From positions 224,001 through 288,000 of the forward strand of contig CAVUAK010000002.1 of assembly GCA_963739455.1 (NCBI GenBank): a DNA stretch of 64,000 bases, read 5' to 3'. Both the position numbers and the translations under genes were made by a program. Shown piece by piece: positions 9,746-23,080 of this stretch. Below the pieces are notes generated by a model. That model was not told the DNA's origin, did not search any database, and was given only the letters and a program-made list of their open reading frames with translations. Within the stretch, counting starts at the first letter, position 1. The number at the start of each line of letters is the position of its first letter. The DNA comes from an uncultured Gemmatimonadales bacterium. Lineage in GTDB: Bacteria > Gemmatimonadota > Gemmatimonadetes > Gemmatimonadales > GWC2-71-9.

Positions 9746-12081
9746 CGACTGCCGATATCATCGATCCTGTCCTCCTCGCTGCGGCGGCCTTTCCTGGCGA
9801 GCGCCTCGTCACGCCCGAGGTGGTGCGAGAGCACAACCTCAACCAGTTCGAGTACGACAAGATCCTCGGACTGCTGGGCCGCGCACCGACGCTGACGGAG
9901 CTCGGTGTCTTCTCGGCGCTCTGGTCCGAGCACTGCTCGTACAAGCACTCGAAGCCGATCCTCAAGAAGTTCCCGACGACCGGGCCGGCGGTGGTCCAGG
10001 GTCCCGGCGAGAATGCCGGCGTGCTGCGGCTCAAGGATGGCTGGGCCGTGGCCTTCAAGATCGAGTCGCACAACCACCCATCGGCGGTGGAGCCGTACCA
10101 GGGCGCGGCGACCGGCGTCGGCGGGATCCTGCGCGACGTCTTCACCATGGGCGCCCGGCCGGTCGCGATGCTCAACAGCCTGCGGTTCGGCTCCCTCGAC
10201 ACCGCGCGCAATCGCTATCTCTTCGCCGGCGTCGTGCAGCGGTGTTGGCGACTACGGCAACTGCGTCGGCATCCCGACGCTGGGCGGCGAGGTCAACTTC
10301 GCCGACGGGATACAGCGGGCAATCCGCTGGTCAACGCGATGTGCGTCGGCCTCCTGCGCGAGGACGAGCTGATCACGCGCGCGGGCGCACGGCGTCGGCA
10401 ACGTGCTGCTCGCGGTCGGAGCGCGCACCGGCCGCGACGGCATTCACGGCGCCAGCTTCGCCTCCGAGGAACTGTCCGAGAAGAGCGAGGCGCGCCGTCC
10501 GCAGGTGCAGGTGGGCGACCCCTTCACGCGAGAAGCTGCTGCTCGAGGCCAGCCTGGAGCTGATCCACGGCGGCTACATCGTCGCCATCCAGGACATGGG
10601 TGCCGCGGGCCTCACCAGTTCGTCCGCCGAGATGGCGGCGCGCGGCGGTGTCGGCGTCGCAGATCGACACCGCCCTGGTGCCGATGCGCGAAGCCGGGCA
10701 TGACGCCGTACGAGATCCTGCTCTCCGAGTCGCAGGAGCGGATGCTGGTCGTGGCCGAGCCGGGCCGCGTCGCCGAGGTGCAGGCGGTCTGCGCCAAGTG
10801 GGAACTCGGTGCCACGCCGATCGGCCACGTCACCGACGACGGTGTCTTCCGGGTGACGCACGCCGGGCTCACCGTCGTCGCGATTCCCGGCCAGCGCCTC
10901 GTTGACGATGCCCGGTCTACTATCCCGAGGCCCGCGAGGCCGAGGCCGCCATCGCCCGCCGCGCCGCGGCGCCACCGCGCGCGAGCCGGCGCCAGCATCG
11001 AGGGCGACCTGCAGCGCACTGCTCGACACGCCGACCATCGCGAGCAAGCGCTGGGTGTACGAGCAGTACGACTCGACGGTCCAGGCATCCACGGCGCTCG
11101 GCCCGGGCAGCGATGCCGGCGTCGCGCAGGTGCCCGGCACCAGACTTCGGCATCGCCGTCACGGTCGACTGCAACGGCCGGCTACGTGGCTCTCGACCCC
11201 TACGAGGGCGGCAAGGCGACGGTGGCCGAGGCAGCGCGCAACATCGCCTGCACCGGCGCGCGTCCCACTGGGCATCACGGACTGCCTCAACTTCGGCAAC
11301 CCGGAGAAGCCCGAGGTGTTCTTCCAGTTTCGCGAGGCGTGCCGCGGCATCGCCGATGCCTGCCTCGCGTTCGGCACGCCGGTCACCGGCGGCAACGTCT
11401 CGTTCTACAATGAGAACCCGACCGGCGCCATCGACCCGACGCCGACCGTCGGCATGGTGGGCCTGCTCGAGTCGACTCGACTGCCGCGTGAGCAGCTTCT
11501 TCCGCAACAGGGCGACGCCATCCTCCTCCTCGGCGACACCGACGGGCGCGCTGGGCGGCTCCGCACTCTGGGCCGAGCTCGACGGCTTCGTCGGCGGCGC
11601 CCCGGCCCCGGTGGATCTCGCGGCCGAGCGTGAAGCTGCAGCATTTCCTGGTCGACGGCGGCCCGCGAGCAGCTCCTCCGCTCGGCCCACGACTGCAGCG
11701 AGGGCGGCCTCGCCGTGGCGCTGGCCGAGTGCGCCATCGGCGGCCCGTATGCGCCTGCCGCGATCGGCGCGCACGATCGACCTCACGGCCTACGCGGGCG
11801 CGCTCGATCCGCAGCGCGCTGCTGTTCGGCGAGGACCACGGGCGCGTCGTGGTCACCTGTTCCCGCACCCAGGTCGACCGGGTGGTCGCGCTGGCCGCGG
11901 AGCACGGCGTTCCCGCGACAGCGGTCGGAGACGTCGGCGAACGGCGACGGCCCTCTCGTGATCGCAGGCGGGCAGCGGCAGCTGGCAATGGCCGGTGGAC
12001 GAGCTCCGCCGCATCTACTTCGACGCGATCCCGCGGCGACTGGCAGCAGGTCGCGCACGGATGCGGCGTTGGAGGCGCTGA
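9742..12081 (+). CDS. purL: FGAM synthase large subunit (many frameshifts, probably assembly errors)
   Basis: [57 protein letters not shown] occur in order across alternating frames; end approximate. Confidence 0.92.
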
Positions 12082-12084
12082 CCG

Positions 12085-13492
12085 ATGTGCGGCATCTTCG
12101 GCGTCTCGGAGGTTCCCGAGGCGGCGCGGCTCACCTACCTCGGCCTGTACGCGCTGCAGCACCGCGGCCAGGAGAGCGCCGGCATCGTCGCCGTCGATCG
12201 CGAGGGCCAGGCCACGGGTCCACCGCGGCATGGGGCTCGTGTCGCGAGAACTTCGCCGAGACCGGTCATGACGCGCCTCGCCGGCGACGTCGCGGTCGGC
12301 CACACCCGCTACTCCACCGCCGGCAGCATCGGTCCTCGCCAATGCCCAGCCGCTGCTTCGCGAACTACGCGCGCGGCCCGCTGTCGCGTCGCGCACAACG
12401 GCAACCTGACCAACGCCGCCGAGCTGCGCCGCGAGCTGGTGGACCAGGGCGCGATCTTCACGTCCTCGACCGACACCGAGTGCCTGGTCCACCTCATCGC
12501 CCGCTCCGAGCGCGCCGACCGATGGAAGGCCAGATCCGCGAGGCCCTCGAGCCGGGCCGAGGGCGCCTACAGCCCTGGTGATCGGTGCGGGCGGGACGCT
12601 CTTCGCCGCGTGGATCCGCACGGCTTCCGCCCGCTCGTGCTCGGCCGCCTCGGCGACGGCGTCGTCGTCGCCTCCGAGACCTGCGCCCTCGACCTGATCG
12701 GCGCCACGATCATCCGCGAGCTGCAGCCGGGCGAGTTCGTCCGGATCGTGGACGGCGCAGGTCGACGAACGCTGCGCGCCCCTGCCCCGGCGCCGGTCAG
12801 CCGCTGCGTCTTCGAGCTGGTGTACTTCGCCCGGCCCGACAGCACCGATCTTCGGCGAGCTCGGTCGACGCGGTGCGCCGCGAGCTCGGCCGCCAGCTCG
12901 CCGTCGAGCACCCGGCGCCCGGGGCCGACGTCGTGTTCGCGTCCCCGACAGCGCCAACGCGATGGCGCTCGGCTTCACCGAGGTATCCGGCATCAAGCTC
13001 GAGTACGGGCTGATCCGCAATCACTACGTCGGCCGCACCTTCATCAATCCGACGCAGGCGCTGCGCGTGGCCAAGGTCAAGATCAAGTTCAACCCGGTGC
13101 GCGAGGTCATCGAGGGCCGGTCGGTGGTCATGGTCGACGACACCCTCGTGCGCGGCACCACCAGCAAGGGACTGGTGCAGATGATCCGCGCGGCCGGCGC
13201 CCGCGAGGTGCACCTCCGGCTCGGCTCGCCGCCGATCACCGGGCCCGTGCCACTACGGCATCGACACGCCGACCCGCGAGGAGCTGATCGCCGCCACCCA
13301 CTCGGTCGGAGGAGATCCGCGACTACCTCGGCGTGGATTCGCTCGGCTACCTCTCGCTCGATGGCATGCTGGATGCAGCAGGGCGCAGCACCGGCTTCTG
13401 CCATGCCTGCTTCTCCGGCCAGTACCCGACGCCCGATCACGGACGAACTGGTGCAGCTTCGCCACGCCGCCCCGCTCGCCGCCGACGCTCGT

Positions 13493-13496
<4 letters not shown>
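12085..13496 (+). CDS. purF: amidophosphoribosyltransferase (frameshifted)
   Basis: N-terminal [53 protein letters not shown] across frames. Confidence 0.93.
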
Positions 13497-16193
<2,697 letters not shown>

Positions 16194-16199
16194 TGCGGG

Positions 16200-16556
16200 C
16201 TAGTTGCCGAGAAGCAGCAGCGCGAACAACGACAGGACAGTGATACCGGCGGCCACCAGCATCACCCTGGTGGCCCCTGGCTTTTCGGGGTTGGGCGCCT
16301 TCCACGGCAACGCGGCTCACCTGGGAAAGCGGGAGGGCAACGCGCCCAGCTCTCGCTCCTTCCGAATATCGAGTCGTTCCTGACCTGGGGCGAGGTCACC
16401 ACCAGACGTCTGCCATCGTTGAGCGTGAGCCGCACTTCACCCGGCAGGCTTCCCAGGCTGTCGGGGGACGCAGGGAGCACGCGCCACTGCTTGGCCGGCG
16501 CAGCCGCTGACACCAGCAAGTGTCACCGCAAGCACGATCAAGTGACGGCTATTCAA
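16200..16556 (-). CDS. small lipoprotein, paralog 4 of tandem array (frameshifted)
   Basis: Pieced from frames: LIVLAVTLAGVSG-C / KQWRVLPASP...EVRLTLNDGRRLVVTSPQVRNDSIFG / LPLSQVSRVAV / VMLVAAGITVLSLFALLLLGN*. Confidence 0.6.
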
Positions 16557-16949
16557 GGCAGTCACCGTGGCAGGTATCGGCAAAGGCCAGCGACACGACA
16601 CCCAACCCGAGCAGCACACCCAGGAAGGCATTCACGGTTGTATCTGCCCCGCGGACCGCGAGGCGGCTGACGTCATCGAGGGCGACCGCGCGCCGCGTCA
16701 ACCCGGAACCCTCGGTCCACTCCGTGCTTCCCAGCCGACGATCGAGTCGGCCACCACCGCAGGATCCCGCAGGTACAGGTAGCTGCCGTCAGTACGCTTG
16801 ACCTGCACTTCCGTGGGACCGCGCTGCCGAATCAGCTCGGCAGGCGCGACCTGCTCTGCGCGCCAGCCTGTAGTGCAGCCGTGAAGCGCCAGGAGGAGCG
16901 GGACCAGGTATCGGCGGCGGCATGCCGCACATCGGCCTGGGCGCATCAT
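16549..16949 (-). CDS. small lipoprotein, paralog 3 (one frameshift near 16705)
   Basis: LLLALHG-C-TTGWRAEQVAP...EVQVKRTDGSYLYLRDPAVVADSIVGW / RRAVALDDVSRLAVRG...FLGVLLGLGVVSLAF...CLE*. Confidence 0.7.
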
Positions 16950-17074
16950 CCCTCACTCAGTTCTGCGAAGAAGGCAGCGAACCCCATGAACACCAGGAAC
17001 AGGGCGAGAAGAGGCCGGGATGCGCGAGCAACCCGTCCAGGTTTCGCGGAAGACTTCTGCTCCAGCCAATTCAT
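16946..17074 (-). CDS. 42-aa single-TM micro-protein
   Basis: MNWLEQKSSAKPGRVARASRPLLALFLVFMGFAAFFAELSEG; 1-nt gap after upstream stop, ATGA overlap downstream. Confidence 0.4.
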   Translation of the reverse strand: MNWLEQKSSAKPGRVARASRPLLALFLVFMGFAAFFAELSEG

Positions 17075-17075
17075 C

Positions 17076-17219
17076 TCAGTCCCCCGAGGGAAGTCCGCCC
17101 GTCGAAACGGTCAACAGGATGAGGCATGTGACGACGATCCCCGCGCCGACCGCCGCGCTCGCCATCGTATCGGGAGAACGCCACGCCAGCACGCCGCGGC
17201 GACCTGGAGGGTGGCTCAT
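17076..17219 (-). CDS. 47-aa single-TM micro-protein, possible C-terminal relic of the lipoprotein family
   Basis: MSHPPGRRGVLAWRSPDTMASAAVGAGIVVTCLILLTVSTGGLPSGD; LAWRSPDT resembles LAVRGADT of paralog 3. Confidence 0.4.
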   Translation of the reverse strand: MSHPPGRRGVLAWRSPDTMASAAVGAGIVVTCLILLTVSTGGLPSGD

Positions 17220-17235
17220 GGCGCGAGCATACTCC

Positions 17236-17592
17236 TCATTGGCCCTCGGCCAGGACGATCCAGGAGATCAGGAACACGCCGAGCGCCACACCAACGAACG
17301 TCGTACCCGCCATCAGCTGGCTGTGCGACCCTCCCGGGACTGCCATCCGGCGCACGTCCTCGAGCGGGATAGCCTGAGGTCCGTCCCTGGTTGAGCCAAA
17401 CAGGGTGTCGCCAGCAATCCGGGGATCGAGAATGACCAGCCGGCTTCCGTCGGGCTGCGTGATGCGTACCTGCTTCGGCTCGCTGGAAAGCGCCGCTGGT
17501 GCGACGGCCACCTGGCGCCAGGCCGCGCAGCCGCTGGACAGGGTCACCGCCAGCAAGAGCACACCAGTGCGCGGTCGGCGGGTCAGTCGCAT
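17236..17592 (-). CDS. small lipoprotein, paralog 2
   Basis: LLLAVTLSSG-C-AAWRQVAVAP...VRITQPDGSRLVILDPRIAGDTLFG...AIPLEDVRRMAV plus C-terminal TM. Confidence 0.75.
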   Translation of the reverse strand: MRLTRRPRTGVLLLAVTLSSGCAAWRQVAVAPAALSSEPKQVRITQPDGSRLVILDPRIAGDTLFGSTRDGPQAIPLEDVRRMAVPGGSHSQLMAGTTFVGVALGVFLISWIVLAEGQ

Positions 17593-18020
17593 GAGGTAGA
17601 GCACACGATGATGTAGACGGCGACCACTGACGCGATGAAGGCGGCGAATCCGGTTGCGGCGCCAAGGATGACATTCGGCGCCACATTGTTGCCGCGGATC
17701 GCCAGCTGCTTCACCTCGGCGAGGGGGAACGCCCGGCGAACGGGATCTGTTGCGCCAGGCGAGGTTGTGGTGACCTGCCATCCCACAAGGCTGTCACCCT
17801 CGATCGCCGGATCACGCACGACCAGCCTTCCCCCGCCTGCGAATCGCACCTGCACCTCGGTCTCACCGGTAGACTGAAGAAGCTGCGCCGGGGCTACGTC
17901 CTGTGGCTTCCAGTTCGTAAAGCAGCCCGCAATGGCCATCAGGCCGAGGAGGGCGGCGCGGCGCCACAGGCGGGACGCAGGGCGCTCGATGCAGGAGGGT
18001 CGGGAACGTTGTGTAGTCAC
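17583..18020 (-). CDS. small lipoprotein, paralog 1
   Basis: LLGLMAIAG-C-FTNWKPQDVAP...EVQVRFAGGGRLVVRDPAIEGDSLVGW...AFPLAEVKQLAI plus C-terminal TM. Confidence 0.75.
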   Translation of the reverse strand: MTTQRSRPSCIERPASRLWRRAALLGLMAIAGCFTNWKPQDVAPAQLLQSTGETEVQVRFAGGGRLVVRDPAIEGDSLVGWQVTTTSPGATDPVRRAFPLAEVKQLAIRGNNVAPNVILGAATGFAAFIASVVAVYIIVCSTSCD

Positions 18021-18953
18021 AGGAACAAGATGCGGCGAGGGCGTCCCCTGCCCGTGACCTGCCTAGGGAGTCGCGCGGCTGACTGAGCGGGTGGCCTGCC
18101 CATCAGCGCCTCGACAACCCGATCGGGGCGCTCTTCGGCGAGGTGATGCCCGGCGCCCGGCACCGTATCGATCGTCAGCGCCGCCAGGCCGGCGGAGAGC
18201 ATGCGCACTTCGTCCTTGGGTGGTCCCGCGCTGTGCTTCGCGCCACCAAGCAGCAGCAGCACCGGCACCTTCACCTCGGCCACGCGGTCGGCGATGTCAT
18301 CCGGCTCCTTTGCGCGCGCGATGGCCCGATAGGCGTCGATGGTTGCGCTCAGGTCGTTAGCCGCGCCGCGGGTGTACTCATTCACGACGTCGTCGGTGAC
18401 CCACGATGGATCCCCTGATGCCGAGATCATTCCCTTGCGGATGAGACCGCGAACGAGCCCATATGCCGAACAGCTGCAGGCCGGCCGAGTTCTCCATGGC
18501 GCGGCGGAAGCCCGGACCCGCGGCACGCTCCGCACCACCACCCTCGAGCAGCACCAGCCGTGTCACCACATCGGGCCGCGCCGCAGCCAGCCGCACTGCC
18601 ACCGCGCCGTTCGTTCCCTGCGCGCCCACAATGGCCGACCTGATACCGCAACTGTCGAGTACCGCGGCAATCCGCCGTGCCTGCGCACTCAGGGAGTAGT
18701 CGGCCCTCTTCGGCCGCGAGGAGGTGCCGATTGCCAGCGGCTCCACGACCACGACGCGGTACCCGCCTCCGACGAGGGCCAGCGCCACGTGGCGGAAGGT
18801 GTAGACCGAACCGAGGAAGTCGACGATCAGGACCACGACCGGCGCGGATGGCGCGCCCCAGACTTCAACCGTCAGTGTCTCAGCCGGTGCGGCAGCGATG
18901 CGCCGTTGCTCCGGCGCCGCCGCCAAGGCGAGCAGCAGCATGAGCGTGTTCAC
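18017..18953 (-). CDS. alpha/beta-hydrolase fold protein with signal peptide (frameshift near 18460)
   Basis: GYRVVVVEPLAIGTSSRP, DYSLSAQA, LAAARPDVVTRLVLL, VKVPVLLLLG, GAGHHLAEERP; nucleophile elbow reads GAQGTNG. Confidence 0.8.
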
Positions 18954-19589
18954 GCCTGCCTCCTCTGGCGGCGAGCCGCCACGACTCCTATGGAGAGCGA
19001 TACGCAGAGCAGCACCGACCAGCACGCCGATCCCCGGGCGCCACATGGTGCCGGCGGCGGCGAACAGCAGGAAGTTGGGAAACCGTCCGAGCCCCATGGC
19101 GAGCAGGTAGCGCGGCACGGAATAGCCCGCCGCCGGCGCGACGAACCGCAGCGCCCAGTCGGGCAGTGGCGTCAGCGCAAACACGAACGTGGTGAGGAAT
19201 GGCGCGCGGCTGAACCAGCGGATCGCGCGCTGTACCATGCCGTGCTGTACCGCGCGGCGGCCGCGCGCATCGCTGCAGAGCGCCCGGAAGACGTGATAGT
19301 CGACGTACTCCACCACCAGGTCCGCGAGTGTCCCGATGGCCGCGATCTCCACGGGCGGGTAGAGCCCGCCGAAGTGCGCCAGGATCGGCTCATACGCCGC
19401 CGGCATGAACATGGCCAACGGTCCGTGGGTCCAGAGGGTGGCGAGCACGAAGACGAGCAGCGGCGCGGTGGCCGGCGCCAGGATCACCAGCGGAATGCCA
19501 AGCGCCGCCATGACACCGGTGCCCCGGAGGATCCCGTCCCAGCGGCGGTCGCCGTAGGGACGCACGAGGAGGCTGGTCGCGGCGGTCAT
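18950..19589 (-). CDS. DedA/VTT (SNARE-associated) family membrane protein
   Basis: PAAYEPIL, IGTLADLVVEYVDY, FALTPLPD, YLLAMGLGRFP pattern; ATGA/GTGA overlap signatures at both ends. Confidence 0.7.
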
Positions 19590-20591
19590 GCGCACGGCAC
19601 CAGCTGCCCCACCATCGGCACGGCACTCGGTTGTCACGCCACTGGTGGTGTATGCCTGGCGGATCAGTGTCAGCGCATGCTCGGCCCGAGCCAGGGTCAT
19701 GACGGGTTCACCGCCCCGCGTCAGGACGCGGACGAAGTCGCCGAGCATGGCGCGGTAGCCACCGATGTCGCGAATGGAGGGCACGACGAGGCGCGTGCGC
19801 CGGCCGCGGATCAGCGCGAAGACGCCGTTCGACTCGAAGGTGATGCTGCCGCGCGTGCCGGTCACCTTGGACAGGCGGAGGCCATGCAGGAGCGACGGCG
19901 ACTCCCATGAGTGGAGCAGCACGCCGACGCCGCCCTGCTCGTACTGGGCCACCACCGCCATGCTCCGCTCGTCACCGCGCTGGTCTCCGGGCCAGTAACC
20001 CTGCACGCTCTCGACGGTCAGCCCGAGGTTTGCCAGCAGGTCGATCCAGTGGACGCCGCCCTCGAAGAGCGCCCCACCGCCGGAGAGCTCGGTGTCATCG
20101 CGCCAGTCGCTCGCCCGCCGATGCTTCAGGGCGTTCAGCACCACAAACCGGATGTCACCGAGTTCGCCGCTGCCGATGACGTCCTGCAGCACGCCCGCCA
20201 GCGGCTTGTAGGCGTAGTTCTCGGCGACGAGCACTGAGCGGCGCGCGGCGGCCGCGGCCCTGGCGACCGTCTGGCAATCGGACGGGGAGAGGAAGGCCGG
20301 CTTCTCGACGATGACATGCTTGCCGGCCGCCAGCGCGCGCAGGGTCAGGGACAGGTGATGGAGCGGCGGCGTGGCCACCAGGACCGCGTCGATGTGCGGC
20401 GCGGCGAGCGCATCGTCATAGCAGGCGAACCAGCCACTCGCCTGCGTCTCCCGCGCGAAGTCCTCGGCCCGCGCCGGAAAGCGGCTCGCACCGAAACGCC
20501 GTACGCCCGGGGCGATCGACCCCAGCATGCGGCTATGCTGTTTCGCGATGCGGCCACAACCCAGCATCGCGATACTGAGCGAGGCGTTCAT
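19586..20591 (-). CDS. Gfo/Idh/MocA family oxidoreductase
   Basis: Rossmann GCGRIA, DAVLVATP, GKHVIVEKP, GGGALFEGGVHWID. Confidence 0.9.
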
Positions 20592-22156
20592 GGGGCGTCT
20601 CCTGGCGGATGGTGAGGTGCGACGTGCCTGCGGCCAGCAGTGAGGCACAGCGCAGGGCATTTGCGGCGATGGTGAGGCTGGGATTGACGCCACCGACGTC
20701 GGCAGCGCGCTGCCATCCATGACGTGCAGGTTCTCGAGGCCCCGGTAGCGGCCGGCAGGCGTCCAGCGGTGCCGTCGCAGGGTCGATCGCCCATGCGGAC
20801 GGTGCCCAGGGCATGCGAGAAGGTGCTGATGGTGCGGGAGAAGCAGGTAACGGCCCCCGCCTCGCGCAGGACGCGTCGCGCGCAACGCGCGAGGGCGTCG
20901 CCCGCGTCGCGGTCGCGCCTGGTGTACTCGTGGTGCACGGTCAGGCGCGGCAGGCCGAACCGGTCTCGCTCCGACCAGTCGATCGTCACCCCGTTGCGCA
21001 GCTGGGGCTCATCTTCGGCGATGCCGAGCAGTGCTGCCGAACGGGAGAGCACCTGCCCCGCCGCGGGCACCAGCCAGCGCGGAAGGTGCTGCGCCACCAC
21101 CGAGAGCGGCGGTACGGCCATCTGCTGCAGCACACCGAGCTTGCCGGGGCCAGTCCACTCGTGGCCGAAGTAGAAGTCCGTGATCGCCACCTGCTTCACG
21201 AACCGGTGCCCGCGGTCGGGGGGCGCCGGGAACACGCCGAAGACGATCCTGTTGTAGTGCCGCGTGAGGTAGTGCCCGACCGCACTCTGCGCCGGGCTTC
21301 GCTCGTCGAGCCCCGACGCGAGCAGGAGGTGCGGCGTCGCCAGCGCCCCCGCCGCGAGGATGACGTGCCTCGCCCGCAAGCGCCGGAACTGCCGGCTCGC
21401 GTGATCCACCACTTCCACGGCGCCGATCCGGCCATTCCACTCGACCAGCCGGGTGACGACGGTGTTGTGCCGCAGCACCAGCCCTTCCCTCAGCAGCGGT
21501 GTGATGAGCCGGGTCGCCACGTCGTTCTTGGCCTGCACGGCGCAGGCGAACCCATCGCACGCGTTGCAGGAGACGCAGCGGCCCCGCGAATCGATGGCCA
21601 CCGGTACCCGGCTCGGATGCAGCCCGAGGCGCCGGGACGCCTCCGCCAGCCGGAGCGACAGCGGGGCAAGAGGCGACGGGGCCGCCACGAACGGCGCACT
21701 GCGCCGCGGCTCGACGGGATCATCACCCGAGATCCCGGCCACGCCGAGGAGTGCTTCGGCGCTGGTGTAGTAGGGCTCCATGTCGGCATACGCGACCGGC
21801 CAGCGGGCGCCCGCGGCGGCATGAACCGATGGGTCGGGCACGAAGTCGGCCTCGCGGTAGCGCAGCGACGCACCGCCATAGAACACCGATGGGCCACCCA
21901 CACAGAACATCCCGCCCGCCAGGCTCCGGCGCCGACCCTCTTCGACGTGGTAGCTCGACTCGGTGGAGTAGAACGGCGACACCATGCCGGCGCGGCTTGG
22001 CCTCCAGCTGGCTGGCCCGCGAGGTACCCAGTCGCCGCGCTCGAGCATGAGCACTCGCCAGCCGGCCTTCACCAGGACATGCGCTGCCATGGCGCCGCCG
22101 AAGCCACTGCCGACGATGATGGCATCCCATTCACGGGCGTCCGGCGCGTCGATCAT
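20588..22156 (-). CDS. GMC-family FAD oxidoreductase (frameshifts near the C-terminus)
   Basis: DAIIVGSGFGG...LMLERG FAD motif, CVSCNACDGFAC, VILAAGALATPHLLLAS, HALGTVRMG, NLHVMDGS, VNPSLTIAANA. Confidence 0.9.
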   Translation of the reverse strand: MIDAPDAREWDAIIVGSGFGGAMAAHVLVKAGWRVLMLERGDWVPRGPASWRPSRAGMVSPFYSTESSYHVEEGRRRSLAGGMFCVGGPSVFYGGASLRYREADFVPDPSVHAAAGARWPVAYADMEPYYTSAEALLGVAGISGDDPVEPRRSAPFVAAPSPLAPLSLRLAEASRRLGLHPSRVPVAIDSRGRCVSCNACDGFACAVQAKNDVATRLITPLLREGLVLRHNTVVTRLVEWNGRIGAVEVVDHASRQFRRLRARHVILAAGALATPHLLLASGLDERSPAQSAVGHYLTRHYNRIVFGVFPAPPDRGHRFVKQVAITDFYFGHEWTGPGKLGVLQQMAVPPLSVVAQHLPRWLVPAAGQVLSRSAALLGIAEDEPQLRNGVTIDWSERDRFGLPRLTVHHEYTRRDRDAGDALARCARRVLREAGAVTCFSRTISTFSHALGTVRMGDRPCDGTAGRLPAATGASRTCTSWMAARCRRRWRQSQPHHRRKCPALCLTAGRRHVAPHHPPGDAP

Positions 22157-23010
22157 GGCGCCCACCCGGTGACCGCGGGCCGCACCGCAACACATCCATC
22201 GCAACCGGCGGCGCGCGACGCGTACACCGCCGTGCCCAGGCCCATGGCCAGGGCGCCCGTGATCGCGGCGTAGAGCGGCACGAGCCGGTAGCGATGAAGC
22301 AGCATCTGCGGGAAGTGGATTGGCTTGCCGGCGAACTTGCCGCCGGGTTCATTGGGGCGGCTGAACTTCTTCCACGTCTCGAGCGAGGCGATGGTGAGCC
22401 CGGTCGCCGCCAGCATGACGATGCCAGGGTCGGGCGTGAGCTGCGACAGGAGCAGCGCATAGCCGAACGCGACGCCGGGACTGCGAAAGAACTTGAAGGT
22501 CTCGAATCCCTCGATCGGCGCATCCTTCCACGCGCCGCCGAACGCGCTGATCCAGCCCCCCGCGCTGCCGAGCAGCGCCACCAGCACCCAGCTGTCCGAC
22601 ACCGCGTACCCGAGCCAGCGAACGCCCGCGAGAACGCCGAAGCCACCGGAGAAGTAGATCACGCCGAGGATGGCGCGGGCGACCGCACTGCGCACCGGCT
22701 TGCCGCGCACGGCGAGCTGCATCGGGATCGTGTACTTGGACTGGTCCTCAGCGCGGAAGAACGTCTTCCAGGTCTCGATGATGAATCGCTCGACGGTGTA
22801 GGCTGCCCCGAAGAGGAGTACTGCCCCGCCCGGCCCGGCGGGCCACGGCAGCAAGGCGCAAAGCACAAGGGCTGCTGCGAGCCCGATTGCCGGGCTGCGG
22901 ACGAACCGGCTCCAGTGGAAGCCCTCGTGCGGCGCGTCCTTGAACACGCCCCAGGTGGCCGCATGCAGGCCTGCGGCAAGCCCGACGGCAGCGGCAATCG
23001 TGAAAGTCAT
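22153..23010 (-). CDS. multi-pass membrane protein of unknown function with internal duplication
   Basis: GGAGG RBS; repeated KDAP(H/I)EGF...F.RSP...ETWK.F in both halves; many hydrophobic segments. Confidence 0.8.
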   Translation of the reverse strand: MTFTIAAAVGLAAGLHAATWGVFKDAPHEGFHWSRFVRSPAIGLAAALVLCALLPWPAGPGGAVLLFGAAYTVERFIIETWKTFFRAEDQSKYTIPMQLAVRGKPVRSAVARAILGVIYFSGGFGVLAGVRWLGYAVSDSWVLVALLGSAGGWISAFGGAWKDAPIEGFETFKFFRSPGVAFGYALLLSQLTPDPGIVMLAATGLTIASLETWKKFSRPNEPGGKFAGKPIHFPQMLLHRYRLVPLYAAITGALAMGLGTAVYASRAAGCDGCVAVRPAVTGWAP

Positions 23011-23080
23011 GGTGCCTCCATTCCGGGTGTGTGCGCACCGATCGCCAGGAGCACGCGACGCCGATAGGTGCCTTCGAGGG

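Noticed and set aside
18378..20885. 835-aa ORF appearing to fuse Gfo/Idh/MocA, DedA/VTT and hydrolase
   Set aside because: Both internal junctions keep (A/G)TGA stop-start overlap signatures (19586-19589, 18950-18953) and the assembly has frequent indels, so three separate genes are more likely. Polishing would settle it.
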